From: Deinococcales bacterium
GTDB lineage: Bacteria > Deinococcota > Deinococci > Deinococcales > JAAFIG01
NCBI GenBank assembly: GCA_025359505.1
Contig: JANYHH010000028.1
Span: 66,134 to 130,133, forward strand
Direction of reading: 5' to 3'
DNA length: 64,000 bases
Shown: in pieces, positions 36,240-45,987 of the stretch
How the letters are laid out: every line of letters starts with the position of its first letter
Numbering within the stretch: the stretch's first letter is position 1
The notes under the pieces: model-generated
Database searches by the model: none
What the model saw: only the letters and a program-made list of their open reading frames with translations
Told to the model about the DNA's origin: nothing
Program-made: the position numbers and the translations under genes

Positions 36240-36605
36240 ATCGCCTTGAGCGTTCACGATGTCGAAGCCGCGATTCGGCAGTTCGCCACGCTGGGCTTTG
36301 TACTCGAGGGTCGCGGCAAGCATTACTCGAATGGAACGCCGACAGCGTTTCTCAGTTCTTTGGGAACGAACGTCTATCTCGAGTTGGTGCAGGCTTCGGG
36401 TCAACCCGCGCCGGGCTTGCTGCATCTGGCTTTTGAGGTCGCTGATCTGCAAGTCAAGTGTGATGAATTAATCAAAGCTGGCTACGAATACGAAGCCGCA
36501 CCGTTCTTCAACGAGCGCAATCAAACGCACATGGCGTTCCTGCGTCACCCAGCCGGATTTATCGCGCAGTTCAATCAGCTTAAAAGCGATGAGGACGCCA
36601 CTTGA
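36225..36605 (+). CDS. VOC (glyoxalase/bleomycin-resistance/dioxygenase) family protein
   Basis: MQLNHIALSVHDVEAAIRQFATLGF...HLAFEV is typical of the VOC/methylmalonyl-CoA-epimerase-like fold. 126 aa. Confidence 0.8.
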   Translation: MQLNHIALSVHDVEAAIRQFATLGFVLEGRGKHYSNGTPTAFLSSLGTNVYLELVQASGQPAPGLLHLAFEVADLQVKCDELIKAGYEYEAAPFFNERNQTHMAFLRHPAGFIAQFNQLKSDEDAT

Positions 36606-36623
36606 ACGCAGGTACTCGAGGCG

Positions 36624-37292
36624 TCAACCGAGCGGTTGGCGCTCAGGGTCGCGCTGCCACTCGCGTTTGGCGAGCAGCGTCAACCAGACGAGGCCAGCGG
36701 TCGATCCAATCGGCAGCGCCAGCAACGCGTACAGTGACAGTTCTGCTGGCAGCACGGTCGCACTCAGTATCACGAGCGCTCCGAGCACCACGAACAACCA
36801 GCCGCCAGCGCGGTTCGCGGCCCACCACGCTTGCTTAGAGGCGAAGGTGTATGGCAGGCGCACGCCCGCGAAACGGTTGGGTGGGATTTTGGGCATGACG
36901 TTGCCAATCACGATCAGAAACACGCCCAGCGCAATCATCACTAAACGAGTATCGAAACGCTGGGTTTGCATGGACTCGGCGGCTGCGAATTGCACAACGA
37001 CGAGCAGCAACGTTGTCGTAACTCGGATCAAATCAAAGACTTTGCTCTGCGCGGCCGCTCGAGCGTCAAAACGCGGTAAGTAAACGAACAGCAGGTTCAG
37101 CAGCAGCGCGACAGCGGGCAGCATCAGCAGTACCGATCCGGCCTCAAGACTCGAGCCGTAGCGGTCTGGCGTACCATCCACCCCGAAATGCACGGCGACT
37201 CGAGACGGCAGGTGCAGCGCGGTATATGCGCCGTAAGCCAAACCCCAGACGATCCCCGCAAGCGTGATGGCGTTAGCAACAGTGCGATTCAT
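36624..37292 (-). CDS. SdpI/YhfL family membrane protein (DUF1648 plus SdpI immunity domain)
   Basis: VAVHFGVDGTPDRYGS (DUF1648) and GNVMPKIPPNRFAGVRLPYTFASKQAWWAANR (SdpI signature). Multi-TMS. ATGA overlap with the sdpR-like gene. Confidence 0.8.
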   Translation of the reverse strand: MNRTVANAITLAGIVWGLAYGAYTALHLPSRVAVHFGVDGTPDRYGSSLEAGSVLLMLPAVALLLNLLFVYLPRFDARAAAQSKVFDLIRVTTTLLLVVVQFAAAESMQTQRFDTRLVMIALGVFLIVIGNVMPKIPPNRFAGVRLPYTFASKQAWWAANRAGGWLFVVLGALVILSATVLPAELSLYALLALPIGSTAGLVWLTLLAKREWQRDPERQPLG

Positions 37293-37639
37293 GCAGACTC
37301 CTTTGGCGCGGCTTGGCTGCTCGAGGTGACTTGGTTGATAGTGACTTGGTTGACGGTGACTTGGCGTGTGGTGATCGGTGCGGCTTGTCCGAATAGGTCA
37401 AAAAGGTGCGCGACGACCTCCTCGAAGACGCCCGTATTCAGGCGGTACGTGACGGTCGTACCGCGCTTGTCCTGCGCGATCAGATCGGCGGCTTTGAGGA
37501 CATTGAAATGTCCAGAGAGCGTGCTTTTGGAGATCACGAACAGCTCCGCCAATTCGCCTGCCGTGTGGTCGCGCTGCCGCAAACTGCGTAGAATCTCGCG
37601 GCGGGTCGGGTCGGACAGCGCTTTGAAGACCTCGTTCAT
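37289..37639 (-). CDS. ArsR/SdpR family autorepressor-type transcriptional regulator
   Basis: FKALSDPTRREILRSL...TAGELAELFVISKSTLSGHFNVLKAADLI winged HTH. The C-terminal tail TRQVTVNQVTINQVTSS is encoded by a 15-bp tandem repeat. Confidence 0.85.
   Translation of the reverse strand: MNEVFKALSDPTRREILRSLRQRDHTAGELAELFVISKSTLSGHFNVLKAADLIAQDKRGTTVTYRLNTGVFEEVVAHLFDLFGQAAPITTRQVTVNQVTINQVTSSSQAAPKESA
37326..37370. repeat. 15-bp (5-codon) tandem repeat inside the sdpR-like tail
   Basis: gtgacttggttgata / gtgacttggttgacg / gtgacttggcgtgtg, encoding (Q)VT(V/I)N repeats on the minus strand. Confidence 0.85.
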
Positions 37640-38580
37640 GGCTGCATGAACGCTGCAATCGCGTCGATCAAACTGGGGGCGACGGGCAGTTTGGGGTCGG
37701 TATACGCGGTTTGCTGCGAGGCTGGCTCGAGCGTCGCTATTTTTAAGACGTGGTTCATCCCCTCGAGCAGTGTGGGGTTGGGCGCGAGCAGCTTGGCTTC
37801 ATTCACGCCAACCTGAATGTCGGTCGTGCCTTGCAACACCGCGACGCGGCACTCGAGCTTTCTGATTTCAGCGCTGGGGTCGTACTTGAACCACGAGATC
37901 AGGTACGGTTGCACGGAGTCGCGGAACAGTACATTAATCAGTGCAGCAGGCAGCTTGATGTCTGCGGCGGGAACGGGGCGTCCAGCCTTCAAGCTACTCA
38001 GCACGCGCTTTGCCTCGAGCAGCATCGCTGGCGTCAACTGCGGCGTCAGTTGCTCTAATAAGATCTGATCGGCGGGGCGTCCGGGCCCCGCGAGGCTGAT
38101 GTAACCCGTGACGCTGACTTGTTGCGCGGCCAGCATCCCCAGCAAGCTGCCTTCACTGTGACCGATGATGTACACGTCACTGAAGCGCGGGTCTTTTTTC
38201 AATAACTCGAGCAGCGCCGCCGCATCATTGGCGAAATCTGTGAAGCGCAATTGACTTTCTGATAACGTGGTCTGACTGCTGCCGATGCCGCGCTTGTCGT
38301 ACCGCAACGTGGCGATCCCCTTCAGGGCGAGGGCTTCGCTGAGCAACTTGTAGCTGTTAGGCTGGATGGCTGACCCGAGACTGTTGCCGTCCTGATCGGT
38401 CGGGCCGCTGCCCGCGATGATCAGCGCGACGGGAACGGCGTAGGGTCTGGGGGGCACGGTCAGCTTGCCTTTGAGGGTCGCGTCTGTCACCTCGAGCGAG
38501 ATTGGCTCGAGCGTGTAGATAACTTCTGCGAGGGCACTGAGGCTGAGCAGCGCGAGGATGGGGAGAAGAATGGTTCGCAT
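37636..38580 (-). CDS. secreted alpha/beta hydrolase (S33-like)
   Basis: Signal peptide MRTILLPILALLSLSALA and nucleophile elbow GHSEGS. ATGA overlap with the sdpR-like gene. Confidence 0.8.
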   Translation of the reverse strand: MRTILLPILALLSLSALAEVIYTLEPISLEVTDATLKGKLTVPPRPYAVPVALIIAGSGPTDQDGNSLGSAIQPNSYKLLSEALALKGIATLRYDKRGIGSSQTTLSESQLRFTDFANDAAALLELLKKDPRFSDVYIIGHSEGSLLGMLAAQQVSVTGYISLAGPGRPADQILLEQLTPQLTPAMLLEAKRVLSSLKAGRPVPAADIKLPAALINVLFRDSVQPYLISWFKYDPSAEIRKLECRVAVLQGTTDIQVGVNEAKLLAPNPTLLEGMNHVLKIATLEPASQQTAYTDPKLPVAPSLIDAIAAFMQP

Positions 38581-38670
38581 GAAACTCCTTAATTTGGTAT
38601 TTCGCTAATAACCAAAATACTAGCCCTCGAGCCTGTCGCCTGTCAACACCAGTTCATCACGCCTCGAGCG

Positions 38671-39375
38671 TTACGGCAACTTCGCCAGCAGGCGCTCCAC
38701 CGACTTCAACTGCTTGCGCTCCAACGCATCCCGAGGCGTCAAATCCGAGGCTGATTCCAGCAACTTGCGAATCTGAGCGCGATTCGCTGTGGCATCCAGC
38801 ACGGTCAGCGCCCGTGCGTACTCGAGCCTGACACCGATCCCTTTCGGGTCGGCCTGCACGGCCCGCTCAAACAGCGGCTTGACCAGAGCGCCATCCGCGC
38901 CAAACATCGCGCCCATACCCCTCGAGACCAACTCCGCGTGCAGCCGTCCCAGCCCGATCAGCGCGATCACCTGACGCGGGTTCAACTCCAAAGCCCGCTC
39001 GAAACTCCCCTTGACCTGAGCGACCACGCCGTTCAGCAGCGCATAAGCCGCGCCGCGCAAGCCGCCCAAACGCCCGAGCGCCACGCCCAATTGCGCGTGC
39101 GCGTCAGCGTTAGATTTGTTGAGTTCCAGCGCTTTACGGGCGTACTGCTCGCACTGCGCGAACAAGCCTTCCTGCTGATCCTTGGGTTGATCGCCCGCGT
39201 GAACCCCCAAGGTATACGCGGCGAACGTCAACCCCGCGCTGCTGCCCAGCGCCGCTGACATTTTAGACGCCTCCAAATACTTGCCGACGGTGAACAAACC
39301 CTGCGCGTCCTCGAGCGATTGGGCGCGGGCGACCATCATCAGGGAGAACAGCGCGATCAACCAGTAAACTCTCAT
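38671..39375 (-). CDS. secreted helical-repeat (TPR-like) protein, function unknown
   Basis: Signal peptide MRVYWLIALFSLMMVARA followed by Ala/Leu-rich helical repeats. ATG at 39373-39375. Confidence 0.65.
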   Translation of the reverse strand: MRVYWLIALFSLMMVARAQSLEDAQGLFTVGKYLEASKMSAALGSSAGLTFAAYTLGVHAGDQPKDQQEGLFAQCEQYARKALELNKSNADAHAQLGVALGRLGGLRGAAYALLNGVVAQVKGSFERALELNPRQVIALIGLGRLHAELVSRGMGAMFGADGALVKPLFERAVQADPKGIGVRLEYARALTVLDATANRAQIRKLLESASDLTPRDALERKQLKSVERLLAKLP

Positions 39376-39410
39376 GACTGCAATTTTACGCACGGCGCGT
39401 CATTAAAGGG

Positions 39411-40232
39411 TCATTCACGCTTACGCAGCGCTGCCCACGCAGCCGTCGGCAGTTCCTTCAGCGTCCCCAGCAGCGGCGCGTACAGCGCCGACCCCGCTGC
39501 GAGAATGCCCCATTGGAGGCGCGGATTCGCGGCGTTGAACGCGATGCTCGAGCCGTCGCGTAGGCTCGCCACACCGCCCGCCGCCACGACCAGTGCGACG
39601 CCCGCGCAGACATCCCACTCGTATCTCGCGTTGGCCGTGAACGTGCCGTCCGCCAGCCCAGCCGCGACCAGCCCCAACTTGTAGGCGATGCTCGAGATCG
39701 GCTGGATCGGCAGGCGCGTTTCCAGCGCGTTCAAGCCCGCCCGCCACTCGCTGGAGGAAACCAGCAGTCGGGCGTCGGCCACGCTCGAGGTTGGCGTGAC
39801 GGTCACGGTCACGCCGTTCAGCGTCACGCCCAGACCAACCGCCCCCGCAATCAGCTCTTTTTTCGCTGGATTGTAAACCACGCCCAGCAGCGCCTCACCG
39901 CGCACCGCCAGCCCGATTGAAACCGCGAAGTTCTCGCGCCCGGCCGCGTAACTGCTCGTGCCATCAATCGGATCGACGATCCACACGCGCTCGAACTTCA
40001 AGCGTTCAAAGTCATCCGTTGTTTCCTCGGACAGCAAGCCATCCAGCGGGAAAGCGATCTGCAAGCCAGCCCGAATCAGCGCGTCAGCCTGCAAATCAGC
40101 CTGCGTCACGGGATCGTCGATTCCCTTGTAACTGATTTCCAAACCCGAGGCTCTGCGCTCCATCAGCAGCGCCCCAGCCTCGAGTGCGAGTTGCGTCGCC
40201 ACGGCCAGTTCTCGCTCGAGCGGCAAAGTCAA
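39411..40232 (-). CDS. inositol monophosphatase family protein
   Basis: [23 protein letters not shown] and the C-terminal WDVCAG motifs. The probable TTG start at 40232-40230 overlaps the upstream stop (TTGA). The longer ORF to 40397 overlaps the AKR gene. Confidence 0.8.
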   Translation of the reverse strand: MTLPLERELAVATQLALEAGALLMERRASGLEISYKGIDDPVTQADLQADALIRAGLQIAFPLDGLLSEETTDDFERLKFERVWIVDPIDGTSSYAAGRENFAVSIGLAVRGEALLGVVYNPAKKELIAGAVGLGVTLNGVTVTVTPTSSVADARLLVSSSEWRAGLNALETRLPIQPISSIAYKLGLVAAGLADGTFTANARYEWDVCAGVALVVAAGGVASLRDGSSIAFNAANPRLQWGILAAGSALYAPLLGTLKELPTAAWAALRKRE

Positions 40233-41251
40233 GCCTCGAGTTCCGTGCGCGTCGGCTGCCAACCGCTGGCGGCATCGAGCATCTGCACGTCGTCCAGCGA
40301 TAATGTCACCGACGGAGCGCCGAGCGAATCCTCGAGCTGAGAGACTTTGTTGGCCCCGATGATCGGCGCGGTGATGAACGGCTTTTGCAACTGCCACGCC
40401 AGCGCTGCGCGGGTTGGCGTGGTCTCATTGCGCTTGGCGACAGTGACCAGCGCCTCCAGAATCTGCCAGTTCTGGTCGTTCATCCGCCCGGATTGAATAC
40501 CCTGCGCCCGCACGCTGTCGGGCAACTCCGCGCCGCGCACGTATTTGCCGGTCAGAAAACCGCCCGCTAGTGGACTGTACGGGATCACGCCGACGCCGTA
40601 AGCCAAGCAAACTTTGCTGATTTCGGCTTCAAAGTTCTGGCGGATCGGCGCGACCAGACTGTACTCGGGTTGAATGCTGACGAAGCGCTCAAAGCCGTGC
40701 TTATCAGATGCCCACAGCGCTTGCATCAAGCGCCACGCGCTGAAGTTTGAGCAACCGATGTAACGCACCAACCCGCGCCGCACCAAATCGGTCAGCGCCG
40801 AGAGGGTTTCCTCGATCGGCGTTTCTTGATCCACCCAATGCACTTGCAGCAAATCGATGTAATCGGTCTGCAAGCGCTTTAAGCTGTCCTCGGTGGACTT
40901 GATGACCCAGCGCCGCGATAACCCCTCGCGCTGGTGAATCGTGTCGCGCCCCATTGAAAAGTTCTCGCCCATCGCGCCGCGCAGCTTGGTGGCAATCACC
41001 ATCGAATCGCGGTTGCCACGGGCTGACACCCAGCGCCCGATGATCTCCTCACTGACCCCGCCCGCGTTGCCGTTGCCCGCCCACGCACTGTAGACATCGG
41101 CTGTGTCGATGAAATTCCCGCCCGCCCCGGCGTAAGCGTCCATGATTTCAAAAGCTCGAGCTTCGTCAGCCGACCAACCGAAGTTCATGGTTCCCAACCC
41201 AATTGGAAAAACCCGCAACCCGGAATCGCCCACGCGCCGATACGTCGTCAT
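40229..41251 (-). CDS. aldo/keto reductase
   Basis: [34 protein letters not shown] and IGCSNFSAW motifs. ATG at 41249-41251. Confidence 0.9.
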   Translation of the reverse strand: MTTYRRVGDSGLRVFPIGLGTMNFGWSADEARAFEIMDAYAGAGGNFIDTADVYSAWAGNGNAGGVSEEIIGRWVSARGNRDSMVIATKLRGAMGENFSMGRDTIHQREGLSRRWVIKSTEDSLKRLQTDYIDLLQVHWVDQETPIEETLSALTDLVRRGLVRYIGCSNFSAWRLMQALWASDKHGFERFVSIQPEYSLVAPIRQNFEAEISKVCLAYGVGVIPYSPLAGGFLTGKYVRGAELPDSVRAQGIQSGRMNDQNWQILEALVTVAKRNETTPTRAALAWQLQKPFITAPIIGANKVSQLEDSLGAPSVTLSLDDVQMLDAASGWQPTRTELEA

Positions 41252-41489
41252 GCCCTCGAGTATAGCTGGCTCGAGGCGAAGACCATCACCTCGAGCGCTG
41301 ACTTTGGGTTGATGCGATTTTCGGCATGTCGCGCTGACGTGCCACCGGAGCACTGGCTCAAATGTAAGAAATTCGACATCTCATTGGTCAAAACCCACAA
41401 ACCCGCCATGGTCGCCGCGATATCCTCTGCCCGAACTCTTCCCAAACGGAAGACTAAACCGAAACTACGGAAGCTAAGGAGTGACACCC

Positions 41490-42788
41490 ATGATCCATCC
41501 CCGCCTGAAAAACGCCATCACCGCAAGCGCTCTGCTGACACTGCTCGCCTGCTCGAGCAATCCACCAGCGGTAAACGCACCCTTCGTCTACGCGCCGAGT
41601 GAAGTTCAGCATTTTGAAAACCTCCGCGACATCACCATCATCTCGAGCGATACGCCAATCAGCATCGCCGCGCAGTACAGCGCGACCGTCATCGGTTGGT
41701 ATCCAGACGCGGGTGCGGCGACGATTGGATTTGCTGGTACGGCTCAAACCATGGGCAGCAAAATCAAAAACTACAAATCGCCAAGCGCCGATGATCCCAA
41801 AGTTTACGGGTTGAACGCGTGGAGCAGCGGCTGGGCAAGTTGGGGCGGCGGTTGGGCCAGTTGGGGTGGAGGCTGGACGGTCTGGGGTGGTGGTAACGGC
41901 GACAGCATGCCGGGACAGAACGCGCAAATCTGGCAAAAAATCAAATTGCCTCAAGCTGCACGCCTCGCTCCAAAAGCCGGACAGGGCGTTGTGATGGCCG
42001 TGATCGACACGGGCATCGACCTCAGTCACCCAGCCTTTCAAGGGGCGTTGACCAGTCCATCGACGTGGTGGGATTGGGTTTCAGCCGATGCGAACCCGCA
42101 GGACGAGGCTGGCGGTTCCTCTTACGGTCACGGAACCTGCGTCGCTGGAATCGCATTGCAAGTCGCGCCGAACATCAAAATCATGCCATTGCGAGTGCTG
42201 GGTTCAGACGGCATGGGCGAAACCGCTAACGTCATCGCCGCGATCGACTGGGCGGTCGCCAAAGGCGCAAGAATTATCAACCTATCCTTGGGAACAACCA
42301 AAGATAAAGCGTTGGAGCAAGCGATCAGCAACGCGACTGCAAACGGGGTCTTCGTGATCGCTTCGGCCGGCAACAGCGGCGATCAAAACGTCACCTACCC
42401 AGCCAGCGACTCTCTGCGCGGTGGCAGCTTCGGGGAACTCTCCATCGGCGTCGGCTCGAGCGGACTGACGGATCGCAAATCGCGTTTCTCAACGTACGGC
42501 GCAAAAAGAATTGAGATGGTGGCGGTCGGTGAGAACGTATCGTCTCCTGCACCGGGCGGAAAGATGGCGGCGTGGAGCGGAACGTCGATGGCCGCCCCGA
42601 TGGTTGCGGGCGGCTTGGCGCTGGCCCTTGGTGAGCGCAGCTTCAGCAGTTTGAAAAACCTCGGCAAGGAACTCTCCAATGACGGCGATGACCTGAGTGG
42701 CAGCGATCCGGCTTTCGGTAAAGACCTCGGCACGCGCCTCAACCTCGAGCGCTTTTTGACGACAGCGCTGAGTGCGAATTTCAAGTAA
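41490..42788 (+). CDS. subtilisin-like S8 serine protease, probable lipoprotein
   Basis: Lipobox LLTLLACSS and the catalytic triad contexts VIDTGIDLSHPAF, HGTCVAGI and GTSMAAPMVAG. AAGGAG lies 8 nt before the ATG at 41490. Confidence 0.88.
   Translation: MIHPRLKNAITASALLTLLACSSNPPAVNAPFVYAPSEVQHFENLRDITIISSDTPISIAAQYSATVIGWYPDAGAATIGFAGTAQTMGSKIKNYKSPSADDPKVYGLNAWSSGWASWGGGWASWGGGWTVWGGGNGDSMPGQNAQIWQKIKLPQAARLAPKAGQGVVMAVIDTGIDLSHPAFQGALTSPSTWWDWVSADANPQDEAGGSSYGHGTCVAGIALQVAPNIKIMPLRVLGSDGMGETANVIAAIDWAVAKGARIINLSLGTTKDKALEQAISNATANGVFVIASAGNSGDQNVTYPASDSLRGGSFGELSIGVGSSGLTDRKSRFSTYGAKRIEMVAVGENVSSPAPGGKMAAWSGTSMAAPMVAGGLALALGERSFSSLKNLGKELSNDGDDLSGSDPAFGKDLGTRLNLERFLTTALSANFK
41829..41891 (+). 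repeat. three 21-bp tandem units encoding GWASWGG/GWASWGG/GWTVWGG
   Basis: ggctgggcaagttggggcggc / ggttgggccagttggggtgga / ggctggacggtctggggtggt, within the pro-region of the S8 protease. Confidence 0.85.
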
Positions 42789-42801
42789 GTTATCTCAAGT
42801 C

Positions 42802-44478
42802 ATGAATCCGTTAGAGCGCGTCAGTCCTCACTCAGCCGTCCCGCCCTCGCAACTCGAGGCGCGGGACTTGGCAACGGCTGCATGGGCGTGCCGCTTTGAA
42901 AACCGCGCTCAGAGTCGTCAATTGGCCTTACAAGCCCTCGAGCTATCCCCCGAGGGACACGCGCTTGGACTGGCATTGCGGGCGCGGGCGTTTTGCGATT
43001 ACATCGACTCGGCCTACGAATCAGCCCTGCAAGGTTTCACGACTGCGCTCGAGATCGCACGCGACGTGCGAGATCAAATTCTCGAGCGCGACTGCCTGAA
43101 TTTCATCGGCGCGGTTTATCAGCGTCTCGGCGATTTTACAGCCGCCATCGAGTACACCCGTCAAGCCTTCGAGGTCAACCTTGAATTGCACGACGAGCCA
43201 GCGATTGTTTACAGCCTGAACAACTTCGCCATGCTGCACCGCGAAATTGGCGAATCCCGCGAATCTGTGCGGTTGTTCGAGGATGCCTTAGAACGTGCGC
43301 GTCAGATGAACGATCCGCCCCGCTTGGTGACATTAATCGCCAATCTCGGTGAAACGCTCAACACTCTGGAGCGCTCCGCCGAAGCCGTCCCACTGCTGCT
43401 CGAGGGTTTGCAAATCGCTCGAGATCACGGTCTGGAGATGCTCAAAGCGCCGACGCTTGTCAACCTCGCCGAAGCGCTGACGCAACTTGGAGAACTCGAG
43501 CAGGCGTTGATCTATTATCAGCAAGCGCTCCAATTGGTGATTCAGCAGGGGCCCCCAGAGGGCGAGATTCACTGTCAATTGGGGATGGCCCGCATCAAAT
43601 TGCGCCAAGGGCAAATCGCCAGCGCGGTAAGCAATTCCCAATCCGCATTGGAGAGCGCTGAGCGCCTAAAATTGCAGCAAACCTCGAGCGAAGCGCACGA
43701 GGTACTGACCAACGCCTACAAAGCGCAAGGTTCTTACCAAAAAGCCCTTCATCACTTCGAGATCTACCACGCGCTGAAACAACAACGTACCGAGGAAATT
43801 GCCGAGCAGCGCTTGCGGGTCGTCAACGCGCAATTTGAAGTCCGTCGCGCCCGCAGCGAAACAGAAGATCAGCGCTCACGCAACCTTGAGCTGAGCAACG
43901 CGCTCTCCCGTTTAGAACAGCTCAATGCTGACAAAAGCGATTTACTACAGCAACTTGAGGTGAAAACCCGCGAACTCGAGCGCTTGGCGTTCATCGACCC
44001 ACTGACTGGGCTGGCCAACCGCCGTCAGCTCGAGGCTGCGCTCAGCAGTGCGTTTGAAGCGGCGCAAAGCGCGAGTCAGCCGCTGGCGTTGGCAATGATG
44101 GACATCGACGATTTCAAAGACATCAACGATCGGTTCACGCATCAAATTGGCGATGAGGTCTTGGTGCAGGTCGCGGGGCTGATCCGCGACTCATTGCGGG
44201 TCACAGATTTGGCCTCGCGTTACGGCGGCGAGGAATTCCTCGTCGTCTTGCCGAACACGACTGACGCGCAGGCGTTTGAAATTTGCGAAGGCTTGCGGGC
44301 ACGGGTCGAGCGCTTTGACTGGTCGATTATCAAGGCTGGTCTGAGCGTCACGCTGAGCATCGGCGCATGCACCAATCGGCTCGTCCACCTGCCCAAGCAA
44401 ATGATTGCCACAGCCGACGCGAACATGTACGCTGCCAAACGCTCGGGGAAAAATGGCGTGGTGATGAACAGCCGCTGA
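42802..44478 (+). CDS. TPR-repeat diguanylate cyclase (GGDEF domain)
   Basis: N-terminal TPR-like repeats, a coiled-coil linker, and a GGDEF domain with an RYGGEEFLVVLP active site. There is no RxxD I-site immediately upstream (SLRVTDLASRYGGEEF). Confidence 0.88.
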   Translation: MNPLERVSPHSAVPPSQLEARDLATAAWACRFENRAQSRQLALQALELSPEGHALGLALRARAFCDYIDSAYESALQGFTTALEIARDVRDQILERDCLNFIGAVYQRLGDFTAAIEYTRQAFEVNLELHDEPAIVYSLNNFAMLHREIGESRESVRLFEDALERARQMNDPPRLVTLIANLGETLNTLERSAEAVPLLLEGLQIARDHGLEMLKAPTLVNLAEALTQLGELEQALIYYQQALQLVIQQGPPEGEIHCQLGMARIKLRQGQIASAVSNSQSALESAERLKLQQTSSEAHEVLTNAYKAQGSYQKALHHFEIYHALKQQRTEEIAEQRLRVVNAQFEVRRARSETEDQRSRNLELSNALSRLEQLNADKSDLLQQLEVKTRELERLAFIDPLTGLANRRQLEAALSSAFEAAQSASQPLALAMMDIDDFKDINDRFTHQIGDEVLVQVAGLIRDSLRVTDLASRYGGEEFLVVLPNTTDAQAFEICEGLRARVERFDWSIIKAGLSVTLSIGACTNRLVHLPKQMIATADANMYAAKRSGKNGVVMNSR

Positions 44479-44547
44479 GCACACGACCTCGAGAAACACG
44501 CTGGCTCCTCGAGGGGCTGCTGCACGCTGCGCGGTAGAGTCGGTACA

Positions 44548-45309
44548 ATGGCCGCTGTGAAACCACTGCTTGCCCTCAACTGGAAACTGCAAAAAGGCCC
44601 CCGCGAAACGTTTGAATGGAGCCGCAAGCTTTTAGAGCAACTGCCCGAGGAACTGAGTGCGGATCTGGCCGTGATCGTCCCCGCCGTCAGTCTGCAAAGT
44701 GCCCAGAACGCACTATCAAGCTCATTGGTCGCGTGGGGTGCTCAGGATGTCAGCGCCCACAGCAAGGGGGCGTTCACTGGCGAAACGGCCGCTGCATGGC
44801 TGGCTGAATTGCGCTGCAAATACGCGGTCATCGGGCACAGTGAACGCCGCGAGTACCACGGTGAGACCGACGCAATCGCCAACCAAAAAGTCAAAGCCGT
44901 GCAAGCCGCGCACATCACACCGATCCTCTGCGTTGGCGAGAAGCTCGAGACGCGAGAAGCAGGTACGCAAGTCGAATACACGCTTCGTCAACTCGAGGTC
45001 GCGCTGGACGGTGTGGAAATTACGGACGAGGGTAGCCTCGTGATTGCCTACGAGCCGATCTGGGCGATTGGCACAGGCAAAACCGCGACGCCAGACGACG
45101 CCGAGCAGATGGGCAACGCGATGCGCGGCTTTCTGACCAAGAAGTACGGTGCGGACTCGAGCGCCAAGGTGCGTTTGCTCTACGGCGGTAGCGTCAAACC
45201 CGACAACATCAAAGCGCTGTGCAGCCGCCAGAATGTGGATGGCGCTTTGGTCGGCGGTGCGGCGCTGGAGATTGATAGCGTACTGGCGATGCTGAACGCA
45301 TTGAACTGA
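44548..45309 (+). CDS. tpiA: triosephosphate isomerase
   Basis: NWKL, GHSERR, AYEPIWAIGTG and GGS motifs. 253 aa. Confidence 0.95.
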   Translation: MAAVKPLLALNWKLQKGPRETFEWSRKLLEQLPEELSADLAVIVPAVSLQSAQNALSSSLVAWGAQDVSAHSKGAFTGETAAAWLAELRCKYAVIGHSERREYHGETDAIANQKVKAVQAAHITPILCVGEKLETREAGTQVEYTLRQLEVALDGVEITDEGSLVIAYEPIWAIGTGKTATPDDAEQMGNAMRGFLTKKYGADSSAKVRLLYGGSVKPDNIKALCSRQNVDGALVGGAALEIDSVLAMLNALN

Positions 45310-45451
45310 GATTCGCATTGAGGCTCGAGCGGTGTTCCAAGCGCTCGAGCTTTTCGCTGCCTCGAGCCTACCGCTGTTAGCCAATGTAAACACAAGGTAT
45401 TGATATTTAGCATAATTTAGCTATACTTAGCCTCGAAAGAGAGGTGTTGCG

Positions 45452-45832
45452 ATGAACGAATGGGGCGGCGATGCGGTCATGACACTCGAGGACGCGGCTA
45501 GATTCTTGAAGGTCTCAGAAACCACGGTTTACCAGCTCCTGCGCGAAGGGCAGCTTAAAGCCCGCAAGGTCGGGCGCGAGTGGCGATTCCTCAAAAGCGA
45601 ATTGGTCGCTTACCTAAAGGAAGGTGCGGACATGAACGACGCGAAAGTCATGCTGGACGACGTGAACGGCGGCGAGTACCGAGTCGAGAACGGTCAGGAA
45701 ACCGTCGCATTGTGGCTGCCGATGTCAAGGGATCAGAAGAAGGCAATGATCCAAGCAGTTCAAAAAGGCGATACCAGCGTTACGCAAATCGTCATGGACG
45801 CGCTGAAAAACTTTACTCGAGACTTCTTTTAA
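45452..45832 (+). CDS. excisionase-type HTH (HTH_17) protein with an RHH-like C-terminal half; probable antitoxin/autoregulator
   Basis: LKVSETTVYQLLREGQLKARKVGREWRFLKSELVAYL (MerR/Xis-type HTH), then VALWLPMSRDQKKAMIQAVQKGDTSVTQIVMDALKNF (strand-helix-helix pattern). GAGAGG SD. An AT-rich upstream region carries three TTAGC direct repeats (45413-45436). Confidence 0.7.
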   Translation: MNEWGGDAVMTLEDAARFLKVSETTVYQLLREGQLKARKVGREWRFLKSELVAYLKEGADMNDAKVMLDDVNGGEYRVENGQETVALWLPMSRDQKKAMIQAVQKGDTSVTQIVMDALKNFTRDFF

Positions 45833-45860
45833 GGGCAATTCGCGTTGCTCGAGATTCGCT

Positions 45861-45985
45861 AGGGCGTTTTGCACAAAGGTTGTCCACAAATTGTTCAGAA
45901 ACAATTTGCTCCCAACGTGTGCAATACGCCCTTTGTTTCTACTCGTGTTACTCGAAAATGGTTGACAAAAGCGGTCAACCATTTT
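45861..45985. repeat. nested palindromes / hairpin cluster between the antitoxin-like gene and the relE remnant
   Basis: Outer inverted repeat AGGGCGTTTTGCACA (45861-45875) with TGTGCAATACGCCCT (45918-45932). Inner repeat CAAATTGTT-caga-AACAATTTG (45887-45908). A separate perfect hairpin AAAATGGTTGAC-aaaagcg-GTCAACCATTTT spans 45955-45985. Confidence 0.8.
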
Positions 45986-45987
45986 GA

